A DNA stretch of 54,878 nt from Myxococcota bacterium (GCA_039030515.1 JBCCEA010000027.1:1-54878); one strand, 5' to 3'; counted from the stretch's first letter, positions 9,881 through 19,756 are shown. Program-made: numbers and translations. Notes: generated by a model from the letters alone, not told the origin.

Positions 9881-10297
9881 TCAAGATCCGGCGATTCCAT
9901 AGAGAAATGCAGGGATGGCAAGTAGAAACCCTGTTCCCCAGGCAATGCTGCGAAACGGCGTGATTCCCGCCGCATAGAATACGAAATGCAACAGTCGTGC
10001 TCCGAAGACGGTAACCGCTGCGTATTGGGTCCAAATATTCGATACGCCCGCAACCGCAGCTACGATTACCAGCGGCGCAAAAACCGCCAGACCCTCGACG
10101 TGATTGCGCACCACTCGAGAAAGGCGGGCCGTGGTGGCGGTAGCACCCGGCGGCGGGCCGTCTCGATTCGAGAGTGCGTAGGCAGTCCCGGAAGTGCGAT
10201 CGGCGTGAATCTGTTGGAGGAAGATAGCCATCCAAAGCACCACCGTCGTGCCGAGAAGCGCCCAAAGTTCCATCGTCATTCCATATGCTGATGCCAT
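9881..10297 (-). CDS. MAPEG family membrane protein
   Basis: R..RV.RNHVE.L..F and ARLLHF.FY motifs; hydrophobic helices; GAGGGAG RBS. Confidence 0.85.
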   Translation of the reverse strand: MASAYGMTMELWALLGTTVVLWMAIFLQQIHADRTSGTAYALSNRDGPPPGATATTARLSRVVRNHVEGLAVFAPLVIVAAVAGVSNIWTQYAAVTVFGARLLHFVFYAAGITPFRSIAWGTGFLLAIPAFLYGIAGS

Positions 10298-10448
10298 GCT
10301 CCCTCGATTCTCATTCGGCGATCGGTTTCCAGCAGCTGATTTCGCCACGATCGTTATCCAACGCGACCATGTTATATAACGACTGGTATTTAACGCAAGA
10401 CATATTATAACGATAATTGCAAAACCACGCCTATGGCCCTAGTATCGA

Positions 10449-11045
10449 GTGATGCCGCGGCCTCGTACGTTTGACGAAAAGGAAGTGATTACGCGCGCTA
10501 TGTTGGCGTTCTGGAAGAAGGGTTACGGAGCCACTTCCATTCGTGAACTCGAAGATGCCACCGGGATATCGCGAATCAGCATCTACAATGCGTTTCGTGA
10601 TAAGGAAGGCTTGTTCCTTGCGGCGCTGCGCAATTATCACCAAATCGCCCACGCGTTCCTGAACGAAGATTTTATCGCTGGCGGGCTCGACTCGATCGTG
10701 GCGCTTTTTGAGAGCATGGCGAAACGTCGTCCGAAAGACGCGCCGGAGCATTTTGGTTGCTTGATGGTGAACTCGATACTCGACGTTCATGGAATATCCG
10801 CCGAGGCGCATCAGATCGTGATGCACTGCCGTAAAGACTTACTTTCAGCCTTCACCTCGGCGCTACGTCAGGCGCGTCGCGACGGTGAGATCGACGCGAC
10901 GGATCGAGAGATCAAGGATCGTGCTGAGTTTCTGGTCGCAGTGATGTGGGGTTGTAGAACAACATCTCGATTGGCCGGCGACGCGTTGGCCGGGCGCGGA
11001 ATCGCAAAAACAGCAGCGGCAATGGCCTGTGGTTGGCGAGTTTGA
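10449..11045 (+). CDS. TetR/AcrR family regulator, divergent from the MAPEG gene
   Basis: PRPRTFD...FWKKGYGATS...GISRISIYNAF.DK HTH; GCLMVNS. Confidence 0.92.
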   Translation: MMPRPRTFDEKEVITRAMLAFWKKGYGATSIRELEDATGISRISIYNAFRDKEGLFLAALRNYHQIAHAFLNEDFIAGGLDSIVALFESMAKRRPKDAPEHFGCLMVNSILDVHGISAEAHQIVMHCRKDLLSAFTSALRQARRDGEIDATDREIKDRAEFLVAVMWGCRTTSRLAGDALAGRGIAKTAAAMACGWRV

Positions 11046-11399
11046 ACTGCCTTGCTGCGCTTCGTGGATCGTTTTTCGTTGGCGACTTTGAGCAAGAATG
11101 ACTAGCGCTCTTGCGCATGTGCGTGCGTAATCACGCCAGGATCGCATCGCGCATGTGTGTTCTGCGGGGGTGTCCCGTATACCGCGCCGCTTGGGCCACT
11201 GCACTGAGCAGGCCTACCCCGTACCCTTACGAAACCAAGTTGCGGTGGCCGACCTAACGGTTCGCTTGTTTCGTTTGCACTTCGCACATCCTACGTCTTC
11301 GGGCCTATGCTGCAGCGAATGATCAACATCGGCGCTCGCCCTCAACCAGTCGCGACCATTCAAAAACGCGCGACGAATACAGAGCACGCCGAACGCAAA

Positions 11400-11562
11400 C
11401 GCGAATCACCCCGTCGTGGCATCACGGCGAAGCCGGACCGTGTTGCGAAGCGGCGCCTCGCCGAAGAGTCGCGCATAGTCTCGGCTGAACTGAGAGGGGC
11501 TCTGATATCCGGCGCGGTAGGCCGCGTCTTCGGCCGTCGTGTGCTCGTCGACCATGAACCGC
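11400..11562 (-). pseudogene. AraC-family regulator C-terminal remnant
   Basis: Minus-strand reading AEDAAYRAGYQSPSQFSRDYARLFGEAP with no N-terminus. Confidence 0.7.
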
Positions 11563-11564
11563 TA

Positions 11565-11823
11565 TCTCTTTATACTTCGTGAAGTCGTGCACGAAGCCGA
11601 CGTGCACCATCCCGTCGCTCTCCTGCGCCCCCGTAGTGAGCGTTTCAAAGTCGCGCAGCTCGCCCCGGCGAACCCCGCAGCCAGCATCGCGGAATGCTTT
11701 TGCCGACGCATCGGAGCGAGCCAGCCCGACGACTTCGTGACCGGCCTGGATGAGCTCGCGCATGATGGCCGTTCCGATAAAACCGGTGCCCCCGGTGAGA
11801 AAGATGTTCATGGTCTTCATCAT
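11565..11823 (-). pseudogene. NAD-dependent epimerase/SDR N-terminal remnant
   Basis: IFLTGGTGFIG Rossmann motif; homology ends after about 85 aa at the junction with the AraC remnant. Confidence 0.75.
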
Positions 11824-11976
11824 GCAGACACGGACCTAGATCGAGAATGCGCGAACGTCCGCAAATCTCGCCCGATCGTCCGGAACACAAGGATGGTGCC
11901 TCTATGGCCGCTGTGAAACCGTTCTTACGTCCCGTTTCAGAACATGTGGGAGAAATATGAGAATCGGGTTTACATA

Positions 11977-12107
11977 TTGGTGCGAAGTCTGATGTAGAGC
12001 TCGCCAAGGTTGGGCGCGACGCCCCGTCCATACGTCTTCGAGTTTGCGCCCCGACGCGTGTACGACGGATGCCGCAATCTTGGCGTGGTAGTACTCCGTG
12101 GTGGTGG
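11977..12107 (-). pseudogene. Tyrosine recombinase 3'-end remnant, copy 2
   Basis: Closely matches 6342-6485 (TTTEYY.AKIAASV.HAS). Confidence 0.75.
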
Positions 12108-12199
12108 CGGAAATTTCGCTCGAGCAGATTGGGGGCGATCGGCCCGTCGTGATTCGAGTCGGTCGTCTTACGGCAGGCCTTCTCTTGCTAGCGACCACA

Positions 12200-12290
12200 G
12201 TCCCTCGAGCTTCACCGCGTCAGCCTTGAATTCGTCCGTGAACTACCGCCGTGGTCGCTTCGTCTTTGTTGAACTTTTCTTCTTCGCCAT
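12200..12290 (-). mobile_element. IS3-family transposase orfA remnant
   Basis: MAKKKSSTKTKRPRR*FTDEFKADAVKL with an internal stop, then truncated. Confidence 0.65.
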
Positions 12291-12326
12291 CGGACACTCC
12301 CGCGTCGGCCCAACGTCCCTGAGGGC

Positions 12327-14591
12327 TTACCTCGAGGACCCCTTCACCGAGCCTAGCGCCGCAGCCCGCGACTCGACGCGCTCCCACATGCGGAGGTAAG
12401 CCTCGGCGCTTCGAAAGAGCGGCTCGAGGTCGGAGTCGCTCATTCCCGCTCGACGGGCCTCTTCGATGAGCTCGGCGACGAGGCCGATATGAACCATGCC
12501 CTCGGTGTTGAAGTCGATGAGTCTGTCCCCAACGCGCGGCTCCATGAAGACGACATCGCCTCGGTACGATTCGAAGGGGTAGTCGACCTCGTGCTCTTGC
12601 GGCTCGCTGCAAACACTTTCATCCCCGAAGCGAGGACGCGGCGCGTGGGCGAAACCGTTGAGGTCGAAGCCGAATCCTTCTGCCGGGTATCCATCGCGGG
12701 AGCGAATCAAGTCGATTCGTTCGATATAGCGGGTGCCAAACGCTCCCTCGCTGTCGCTACAGCGGCCGAAGTGCCGATTCGACGAGAGGCCGCCAAGTTC
12801 ATAGAGCTCGCCCTGATTGTTCGTACCGTGCGTGGCCGTGGCCGGGAAGTCGAAGTCTCGAAGCAGCTCATAGGCACGCGCATAGGCTCTGCGCGGCAGG
12901 TGGTCGATATCGATGATCATGCCTCGCCTCATCATTTCGACCATGAGCGTTTCTCCGAGAGCGGTCAGGCCAGAAGCCTGGCAGTAGTCCCCTTCGAGCG
13001 GTGGCTCGCTTAGCTGCTCGAGGAAAGGGAGCAGCGCCACTGCCGGATTCTGGGAAAAGGCATTGAAATCGTTGGGCGCTTCCGACGCGAATTCGTCTCG
13101 AGGTTCATTCAGGCCCCCGAAGAGAACGTCGCCTCGATCGAAAACAGCTTCGTTCTCCGGGCAGTCCTCCACGAAGTTGGACCAGTGACCCGTGTTGACG
13201 AAGCTCCCAAGCTGGCCGACTTCTCGGTCGCCGTCGCCCGCGGAGAAAGCGTTGTCAAATTTATGCACAGGAAAGAGAACGCGAATCCCGCGCTCGTAGT
13301 AGGTGTCCAGCTTGCTGCGAACTTCGCTCTCATCACACGCCTCGAAGCCATCGGGAGGCGTGAGAAAACAGTCGAAGAGATTGCTAGTCTCGATCCCTAA
13401 TACGAGCGCAAGCTTGCCTTCGGAGATCACCGCTCGCGCTTCGGCGGGTGAGGTCACGATACGCAGCCATCCCTCACCGGGTCCGCCGGACTGCGCGTCC
13501 ACGTAGCGCTCCAGCTCGTAGGCTGCATCGATTTGGAGGTCGACCGAGACCATTTCATTGCAGGTGTAGCGAATCGATTGCGCTCCGATGCCGTCACCAA
13601 GCTCGCAGAGAACCGAGTTGCTGGTCGCATGCTGCACCAAGAGGCGCAGGCCGGCCATGTACGCCCGCTCGACCCATCGGTAGTACATCTGCTGATGCGT
13701 GACGTGCTTCCACCCGTTGGGCCAGTCGGTGAAGGTGGGGTACCCCTCGGTGTGGTGGACGAAGTCATCGCTTTGCCCGGTCAAAAAGATGGGCAAAAAA
13801 TCCTCGATCGCAATGTTCGCGAGCTCTCCCGAGAAGGCGTACGCGATGATATCACTGCTGCCGTCGACGTTATGCGAGCGCTCGCAGTCGGGCAGCGCAT
13901 GTTCTACCCCGAGCCGGTGAAAGGGCGCCCCGTGAAACATCCCCGAGCCGCCATAACCCAGGTTCATGAAGAGGTGGGTGTGGGCGTCCGCGAAGCCGTA
14001 GACGTCACCGTCGTCCCAGGCGTCTCCATCCACTGTGCCTTCGGCATCGAGCGTGAGCTCCGGGAAAGAAGCGCACCCGCTGGCGGGGTAGAGCGAGATC
14101 GACCCGCTCTCGTCCGCATCTACCAGCTCTGCGGAGGCGGATAAGTAAAGACCGGTTGCCCGGTGCTGCAGGCGAAGGCGGGATTCATCCTCAGGGAATA
14201 GTTCGAGATTCCACTCAGCCGGAGAAGTGAACTCCGCCTCGCCTAGCTCGACCGCATCATCGAGGTCGGACTGGGCGACAAGGCCCCCCTCGAGCCCTAC
14301 AACAAAGGAGCCTTTTTCGTCGAGCAAGAGGTAGGTCCCGAGATCGGCGGCGCGCAAATGCAAAGGGGCGCCGGCTTCTTTTCGAGACGCCGAAAACGCA
14401 TAGCGATCTTCTTCGATCGTCAAAAAGCGCGAGCGAGACGAGCCGGGAGCGGCCGCATCCATCGTGTAACATCCGCTCGCGAACTCGTAGATGTCTTCAA
14501 AGAGGGGGGCTATCGGCCGCGTCGAAGAGCTTCCTCCATCGCAGGCCGAGAGAACGAAAAAAAGGAAGCAGCGTGTAGTGCGTCGAGACAA
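12327..14591 (-). CDS. Lipoprotein metallo-amidohydrolase, membrane dipeptidase (M19)-like
   Basis: LSAC lipobox; DAHTH, LGIE, HKFDN, IDIDH, TH, GFDLNG metal-ligand motifs. Confidence 0.75.
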   Translation of the reverse strand: MSRRTTRCFLFFVLSACDGGSSSTRPIAPLFEDIYEFASGCYTMDAAAPGSSRSRFLTIEEDRYAFSASRKEAGAPLHLRAADLGTYLLLDEKGSFVVGLEGGLVAQSDLDDAVELGEAEFTSPAEWNLELFPEDESRLRLQHRATGLYLSASAELVDADESGSISLYPASGCASFPELTLDAEGTVDGDAWDDGDVYGFADAHTHLFMNLGYGGSGMFHGAPFHRLGVEHALPDCERSHNVDGSSDIIAYAFSGELANIAIEDFLPIFLTGQSDDFVHHTEGYPTFTDWPNGWKHVTHQQMYYRWVERAYMAGLRLLVQHATSNSVLCELGDGIGAQSIRYTCNEMVSVDLQIDAAYELERYVDAQSGGPGEGWLRIVTSPAEARAVISEGKLALVLGIETSNLFDCFLTPPDGFEACDESEVRSKLDTYYERGIRVLFPVHKFDNAFSAGDGDREVGQLGSFVNTGHWSNFVEDCPENEAVFDRGDVLFGGLNEPRDEFASEAPNDFNAFSQNPAVALLPFLEQLSEPPLEGDYCQASGLTALGETLMVEMMRRGMIIDIDHLPRRAYARAYELLRDFDFPATATHGTNNQGELYELGGLSSNRHFGRCSDSEGAFGTRYIERIDLIRSRDGYPAEGFGFDLNGFAHAPRPRFGDESVCSEPQEHEVDYPFESYRGDVVFMEPRVGDRLIDFNTEGMVHIGLVAELIEEARRAGMSDSDLEPLFRSAEAYLRMWERVESRAAALGSVKGSSR

Positions 14592-14798
14592 GAAGCGTCA
14601 CTCCGGATCGCAAATTGGAGCAAGTATGACTCGTCCCTGACGCCTGAGCTAGGCGCCAAGTCAAGGCTATTGTCGCGATCGCGGTGCTGGACAAAGCCAA
14701 TTCGCGATAAGACCAAAGTGCCGGTCGAGGATCGGTCCGCCAGAAAAAGAGGTGCTCAAGAGCCGCGAGACTGAGGCAAGGGCCGGCGCAGCAACGGT

Positions 14799-14841
14799 TT
14801 CGTAATGAGCAGGTCACCGGTTCGAATCCGGTGGATGGCTC
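14799..14841 (+). repeat. attR-like duplicate of the tRNA-Thr 3' half
   Basis: TTCGTAATGAGCAGGTCACCGGTTCGAATCCGGTGGATGGCTC, one mismatch to the tRNA 3' half. Confidence 0.92.
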
Positions 14842-14873
14842 TAAGGGGGGTAGCCCGAAGGCGATACCTTGAT

Positions 14874-15371
14874 CTAGCGAGGTCGAAGCCGGGCCCAGTT
14901 TTGGTTGGCGGACTGGATGTATTCGTCACGATGTTCCAGCCACTTTTCTTGGATGGTGCGCGAGTAGTTGAGGTAAAGCTTGCCGCCGTGGACGGTGAAG
15001 GCTTGAGGGTCGACCGTCACGAATTGCCCCTTTGCCATGGCGTAAGCACAGTAACCTCCGTATTGAGGTGCGTAGCGGCTCGGCCGAGATTCAAAGCGCT
15101 CGCGGTGTTCCGCTGAGGCGAAGAGAAACGTACTCCCCAGGTACTCGAAGGAAAACTCCTGCGTTCCCCTCACGGCGCGGCCTTCGATGAAATAGGCCAC
15201 GGGATCATAGCCATCGATCGCGTACGCGCCTCCATTGCGATTGATTGGACTCCGCTGAGCTTGAACCGCGCTCGTCCCGAAGAAGAGAAGAAGGCTTATC
15301 GACGCCGTCGCTACAAACTTCATCACGGACCTTCCTTTCCCGGGTTCCGTAGCACCTTCAAGCTTCAGCAT
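14874..15371 (-). CDS. Exported YHS-domain protein (Cys form); true start probably MKFVAT
   Basis: AIDGYDPVAYF, F.F.S.E.R..F...P.RYAPQYGGYCAY, GKLYLN. Confidence 0.9.
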   Translation of the reverse strand: MLKLEGATEPGKGRSVMKFVATASISLLLFFGTSAVQAQRSPINRNGGAYAIDGYDPVAYFIEGRAVRGTQEFSFEYLGSTFLFASAEHRERFESRPSRYAPQYGGYCAYAMAKGQFVTVDPQAFTVHGGKLYLNYSRTIQEKWLEHRDEYIQSANQNWARLRPR

Positions 15372-15473
15372 CCCGGAGCAAACCAGAGCCAGCCTGACGC
15401 ATCAAAGATAACGCGCCTATGGCAGAAACTGCGTCGTTTCGATGCGGGCACGGGATTCATCAGGCGAACGCGA

Positions 15474-17828
15474 TCAGAATGCGGCGGATAGGCTAAGCCG
15501 CGCGTTGAATGGTGGACCGGCAACGTAGTGCACTACCGGAATCTCGCTTGGCTCCTGACCGGGGCGCCAATGGCTCGCGTAGTGATACTCTCCTTCTCGA
15601 ATGCGCTGGTTCAGCACGTTCTCAACCTCCAGATCCAATCGAATCCAGCCCCAAGTGTATCCAGCAGTCGCGTCTAAGGCCGTCATCGGCGCACCCTCAG
15701 CTCCATGAGGCAGAGAGCGCGAAGCAAGCCCCATGAAACGCAGACCCGCGCGCACCCCGCTGTTGTGGGTGACCACCGCACGGACGCCACCGACAAGCCA
15801 CGGAGCAAGCGGAATCGTATTGCCCGAGTCTACAAACCGAGCGTCGACGTAGGTCACGTCCGCATGCAGCATCAGCCAGTCGACCGGACTCAGACGGGCT
15901 TCCAGCTCGCCGCCAAGGCGCCTCGTGCTGTTCAGCGCCAGATTCACTCCTGAGACATGGTCGAAGACGGTCTCCCGCTCGATAAACGAAGCAAACCCCG
16001 AAACCGAAGCGCCAAAGTAGCCGTTCGGGATCCAGCGCGCGCCGACTTCAAAGGAGTCGACCACCGTCATACGCGGATCGCCCCCGTCAAACACGTCTTC
16101 TGAAAGCCCGATGCGCTCAGGTTCAAACGTCGTGAACGACCGAGCTTCAGGCGGACGAAAGCCCCGGCCGTAGGCAGCAAATAGCCGAAGCGGGGTCAGA
16201 ACGCGCCACTCGACGGTGGCCCTTGGTGAAAAGGCTGCCGGCGCACCCGATGAAAGGCGGCTATCGTCGAGACCGTCCCGGACAGAAACGTGTGCCACGT
16301 CGATTCGCGCGCCAACCGTGAGCCGCAACTCGTCAACCGGTCGAAACCTGAGTCCGACTCGCGCGTGCGATGAGGTCTGTACGCCTTGCAGCTCGCGCTC
16401 GGTCTCGATCGGAGCCTGCTGCTGGTCCACATGCTGCTGAGTCTGATCGAGTCGGTCGCCGTGAAGGCCGAGCGCTGCTTCGAGGGCAAGCCACGTCGTC
16501 AGCCTTACGCTGTAGTCGATCTTGGCTCCAAAGCTCCAGGTGGTTTGCGTCTGACGGCGCCTGTCGCCGCGAATCGGATCCACCAAAAATCCGGTATAGT
16601 TTTCGAGCAGTTCAAGGCGTCGATATCCGCCGTAGACTGTCGAGGAAACGGAGTGATCGCCCCTGTCCCAATCGTGCGATACCGCAGCAAGACCACGGGC
16701 CGAGAGTCCGTCACCCGCTCGATCATAGGCATCGTAGAAACCGATGCGTCCCGCTTGGACGTCTTCGTTGCGGAGCGTGCCGGGCAGCTCAAAGCGCGCG
16801 AGATACCCGGAGCCGAGCAGAGAAAGCGTGCCGTACGCGTCATCATCCAACAAACGGATGCGACCGAGCAGCACACCACGATCGATCCCGCGATTCATGC
16901 CAAATCCATCATCGTGCATGGCCTCCACCGCAAGGAGGTCGTCGCCTTCGCGCGGGCTGTAGGTCACGAGACCTCGGTGACGGTTGGTGGTGCCGATGGT
17001 GTACGTCGTGCGCAGGCCTCGATCGTTTGCCGGAATACCAAGCTGGTAGTCGGCCGACCCGGCCATCGCAAAGGCGCCCTGATCGAGCGTGAACGGCCCC
17101 TTCGTGACCTCGACCGACTGGATGGTTTCAGGAATGATGAAACCGAGGTCGATGTAGCCTTGCGCGTGAATATTCGACCACTCGTTGATCGGGATGCCCT
17201 CGATGGTCAGCTCGAAATCCGCGCCGTGGATGGCGTCGAAGCCGCGAAGAAAGAACTGGTGCCCTTTACCCTCACTGCCGTGCTGCACCAGCGTGAGCCC
17301 GGGCACGAGACGCAAGGCATCTTCGGCATTACGCCGCGGCACCGACGCGATCTCCCGGGAGGTAATCTGACTTGTCGACGCCGTCAGAGGACGACGGCGG
17401 GCGATGGTGGCCGTGGCCCCGAACTCCGGTAGGCTCACGTAGCGGGTCTCGATCACGATGGGGCTTTGATGCGCCTCGGGTCGAACCTCCACGCGAACCG
17501 GCTCGATGGTGTCGCCTTCCGCGACGAGAACCGCGTGACCCAGGGGGACGCCTCGGATCAGGAACGCTCCGCGCTCATCGGTCACGCTCTCGAGCTGCAC
17601 CCCCACCACACGTACGACGATTCCAGCGACAGGTTCACCCAGATCTGCATCGATGAGCCGTCCACCTAGGGTCTGTGTTGCACCCTGACTGAAAGCCGTT
17701 TGCGCAAAAGACACGGCGGTGATGAATACAGACCATTTCGTGAATCGTGCGGCTATTTGGCGGGCGCGGCGCGGCAGTGTGCTTCTCCGTCGACATGCCC
17801 GAGGGTCTGGGTCTGAGCCACGAGCCAA
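15474..17828 (-). CDS. TonB-dependent receptor, probably for nickel/metal; start uncertain
   Basis: Plug LRLVPGL..QHGSEGKG.QFFLRGFDA.HG.D; barrel; C-terminal Phe. Confidence 0.92.
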   Translation of the reverse strand: MARGSDPDPRACRRRSTLPRRARQIAARFTKWSVFITAVSFAQTAFSQGATQTLGGRLIDADLGEPVAGIVVRVVGVQLESVTDERGAFLIRGVPLGHAVLVAEGDTIEPVRVEVRPEAHQSPIVIETRYVSLPEFGATATIARRRPLTASTSQITSREIASVPRRNAEDALRLVPGLTLVQHGSEGKGHQFFLRGFDAIHGADFELTIEGIPINEWSNIHAQGYIDLGFIIPETIQSVEVTKGPFTLDQGAFAMAGSADYQLGIPANDRGLRTTYTIGTTNRHRGLVTYSPREGDDLLAVEAMHDDGFGMNRGIDRGVLLGRIRLLDDDAYGTLSLLGSGYLARFELPGTLRNEDVQAGRIGFYDAYDRAGDGLSARGLAAVSHDWDRGDHSVSSTVYGGYRRLELLENYTGFLVDPIRGDRRRQTQTTWSFGAKIDYSVRLTTWLALEAALGLHGDRLDQTQQHVDQQQAPIETERELQGVQTSSHARVGLRFRPVDELRLTVGARIDVAHVSVRDGLDDSRLSSGAPAAFSPRATVEWRVLTPLRLFAAYGRGFRPPEARSFTTFEPERIGLSEDVFDGGDPRMTVVDSFEVGARWIPNGYFGASVSGFASFIERETVFDHVSGVNLALNSTRRLGGELEARLSPVDWLMLHADVTYVDARFVDSGNTIPLAPWLVGGVRAVVTHNSGVRAGLRFMGLASRSLPHGAEGAPMTALDATAGYTWGWIRLDLEVENVLNQRIREGEYHYASHWRPGQEPSEIPVVHYVAGPPFNARLSLSAAF

Positions 17829-18463
17829 GCCCAGAGATCATCGACCCCATCGCTACTGCCCGGGTCGTACGCACCGATATCTGTGGCGGCAAGCTCAGGC
17901 TGGGTGATGCTTCCATCCTCGTTCAAATCTGCGTCGGCAAGCGCCCGAAACAGCACCTGTGGCTCGTCTGAAACGAGACTGTCGTAGAGCAGGTGGTCCG
18001 CGTGAATCGTGATCTGAAACGTCGCCTGGTCCCCATCGCGCACCGAAGTAGTGGTTTCACATTCAGTGTAAGTCGATGGCTGATCGAACACCCAGCTGAA
18101 GGACTTGGTGTCGGCACCCTTGGTCGCCGTGCCGTCTACCTCGATCCTGGAGACGGTGAAGCCCGCATCGGTATGGTCACCGCTTGGCACCAACACCGAC
18201 CCGAGCTCGTGGCCTTCGCCCGCAGAAGCCTCCGAAAGGTCGACGGTCACTGGAACGTTGACCTCGATACCGGCAACCGTGACCTGCTCGATGCGCACCT
18301 CGAATCGCGAGAACTCTACGGCCCATCCGTCACCCACCTCGGAGGCCGGGATACCGTCCTCGATAAACGACTCGCCATACGCGGTGACCGTCACCGTGCC
18401 TTCACCGTCCGTGCCGCAGGCGCCAAGGGCGAGAAACGACAAAACAAAAGGAGCTGTGCGCAT
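17753..18463 (-). CDS. Acidic lipoprotein of unknown function, putative metal binding
   Basis: LGAC lipobox; TIHADHL and GHVDGEAHC motifs. Confidence 0.8.
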   Translation of the reverse strand: MRTAPFVLSFLALGACGTDGEGTVTVTAYGESFIEDGIPASEVGDGWAVEFSRFEVRIEQVTVAGIEVNVPVTVDLSEASAGEGHELGSVLVPSGDHTDAGFTVSRIEVDGTATKGADTKSFSWVFDQPSTYTECETTTSVRDGDQATFQITIHADHLLYDSLVSDEPQVLFRALADADLNEDGSITQPELAATDIGAYDPGSSDGVDDLWAWLVAQTQTLGHVDGEAHCRAAPAK

Positions 18464-18480
18464 GAAAAGTTCCTCTCTAT

Positions 18481-19308
18481 CTATTTGCGTTGTGAGGCAT
18501 CGACACTGAAGTGATCGTGCGTTTGAAATGTGCGCCGGAGCTGGTTGTAGGCATCGATGAGCTCGGGGGATGTGGCCTGCGCATCGATCCTGAGCGAACC
18601 GTCGGCATCCTCATCGAGCGCGAAAAAGTCCACACCGTCGAACAGCGTGTCGCCCTCAAACGGGTCAAGGGTAAGTAGGCGAATGCCCAGCTGCTCGGTA
18701 GAGGACTGCCTCACCTCAAACTCGAATGGCGCCCCGACGAGCTCCCGACCTTCGGGGGAATCGATGATCGCCGTAAAAACGACAGCTCTGGCATCTCTCG
18801 TCGCAACACCCTCGAGCACGGCCGTGTGCCCTAGCAAAGGGTCCTCGGCGGCAAGCCCGTCGTCTTCGGTCGCTTGAATGAACGTGAAGTTGGCGCTCGC
18901 ATAGGTGCCGACGAGCAGCGTCGCTCGGCCCAACTCTGGCGCATCTGCATTCAGCCAGTTGAGCTGAAAGCGGCCACGAAATTCTCCGGTCACGTCTCCG
19001 CCCTGAAAGTGACCGGGGTGCGCATACGCTGACGAAACGAAAAGGTCCGAAACGTGCCTCCGCAGCGACCGAGCGTGCGCCTCGCCGGCGATCGTAAACG
19101 CCAGATTTTCGATCATCGCCCGTGCGCCTGTGAGCATCACCTCATAGCCGAGATCGCTGGTGCTTCGTTCGATTCCGCCTGGATCGACCACCACCGGGAG
19201 CTCGACCCGGGGCACCTCCTCGAGATCGCCGCACGCCTGAAGCGCAAGCGCATAGAGGTAAAACCCCGATGCCGCACGGCGTCGCTGTATGCTCGGCGCT
19301 CTGATCAT
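18481..19308 (-). CDS. Lipoprotein of unknown function, putative metal binding
   Basis: LQAC lipobox; internal AYAHPGH motif; start overlaps nikR stop. Confidence 0.8.
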   Translation of the reverse strand: MIRAPSIQRRRAASGFYLYALALQACGDLEEVPRVELPVVVDPGGIERSTSDLGYEVMLTGARAMIENLAFTIAGEAHARSLRRHVSDLFVSSAYAHPGHFQGGDVTGEFRGRFQLNWLNADAPELGRATLLVGTYASANFTFIQATEDDGLAAEDPLLGHTAVLEGVATRDARAVVFTAIIDSPEGRELVGAPFEFEVRQSSTEQLGIRLLTLDPFEGDTLFDGVDFFALDEDADGSLRIDAQATSPELIDAYNQLRRTFQTHDHFSVDASQRK

Positions 19309-19715
19309 GGGTCCGGACGACTGATGACAACCTTGCCGTGTTTCACGCCCTTCATGCCGATGAGGCTGTCGGCAATGCCTCGGAGCGCTTTGGGATTGCC
19401 GCGCAGTGCGATCACCTCGAGACAGTTGTCGTGATCCAGGTGCACGTGCATGGACGCCATGATCGCGTCGTGATTGTCGTGCCCCACCTCGAGAAGCCGG
19501 TCTGCCAGATCGCGCTTGGAGTGGTCGTACACAAGGGTCACGGAGGCCACTGCATCGCCTTCATCTGAGGAGACCCATTCTTCTTCGATGAGACGATTGC
19601 GGATGAGGTCGCGCAGCGCCTCGGAGCGGTTTCCTCCTGAGCGCTCGGTCAACGCGTCAAACCGTCGAAGCAGTTCGGGCTCAATGGCTAAACTCACGCG
19701 CTCTTTTTCGGGCAC
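19305..19715 (-). CDS. nikR: Nickel-responsive regulator NikR
   Basis: Ribbon-helix-helix NRSEALRDLIR; YDH...H..HVHLDHDNCLEV nickel site; GTG start after GAGG. Confidence 0.95.
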   Translation of the reverse strand: MPEKERVSLAIEPELLRRFDALTERSGGNRSEALRDLIRNRLIEEEWVSSDEGDAVASVTLVYDHSKRDLADRLLEVGHDNHDAIMASMHVHLDHDNCLEVIALRGNPKALRGIADSLIGMKGVKHGKVVISRPDP

Positions 19716-19721
19716 CGGGAC

Positions 19722-19756
19722 CTCGTTACTACGAATTGGCTCAGGCGTAATACGAG
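19722..19756. promoter_or_regulatory. Candidate NikR operator
   Basis: Imperfect dyad GTATTAC-N14-GTAGTAA (minus strand) directly upstream of the nikR RBS; same half-site spacing as the E. coli GTATGA-N16-TCATAC site. Confidence 0.55.

Larger units (their letters stand above)
6287..14841. mobile_element. Decayed genomic island integrated at tRNA-Thr
   Basis: Bounded by the tRNA and a duplicate of its 3' half at 14799-14841; contains integrase remnants, AbiE toxin-antitoxin and an IS3 remnant. Confidence 0.85.

Noticed and set aside
14874..15371. Selenoprotein form of the YHS protein
   Set aside because: The GGYCAY position is Cys; no in-frame TGA
16370..17432. Long plus-strand ORFs opposite the TonB receptor, and similar ones opposite the kinase at 49176-50240
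   Set aside because: Antisense shadow frames typical of GC-rich coding DNA, with no motifs
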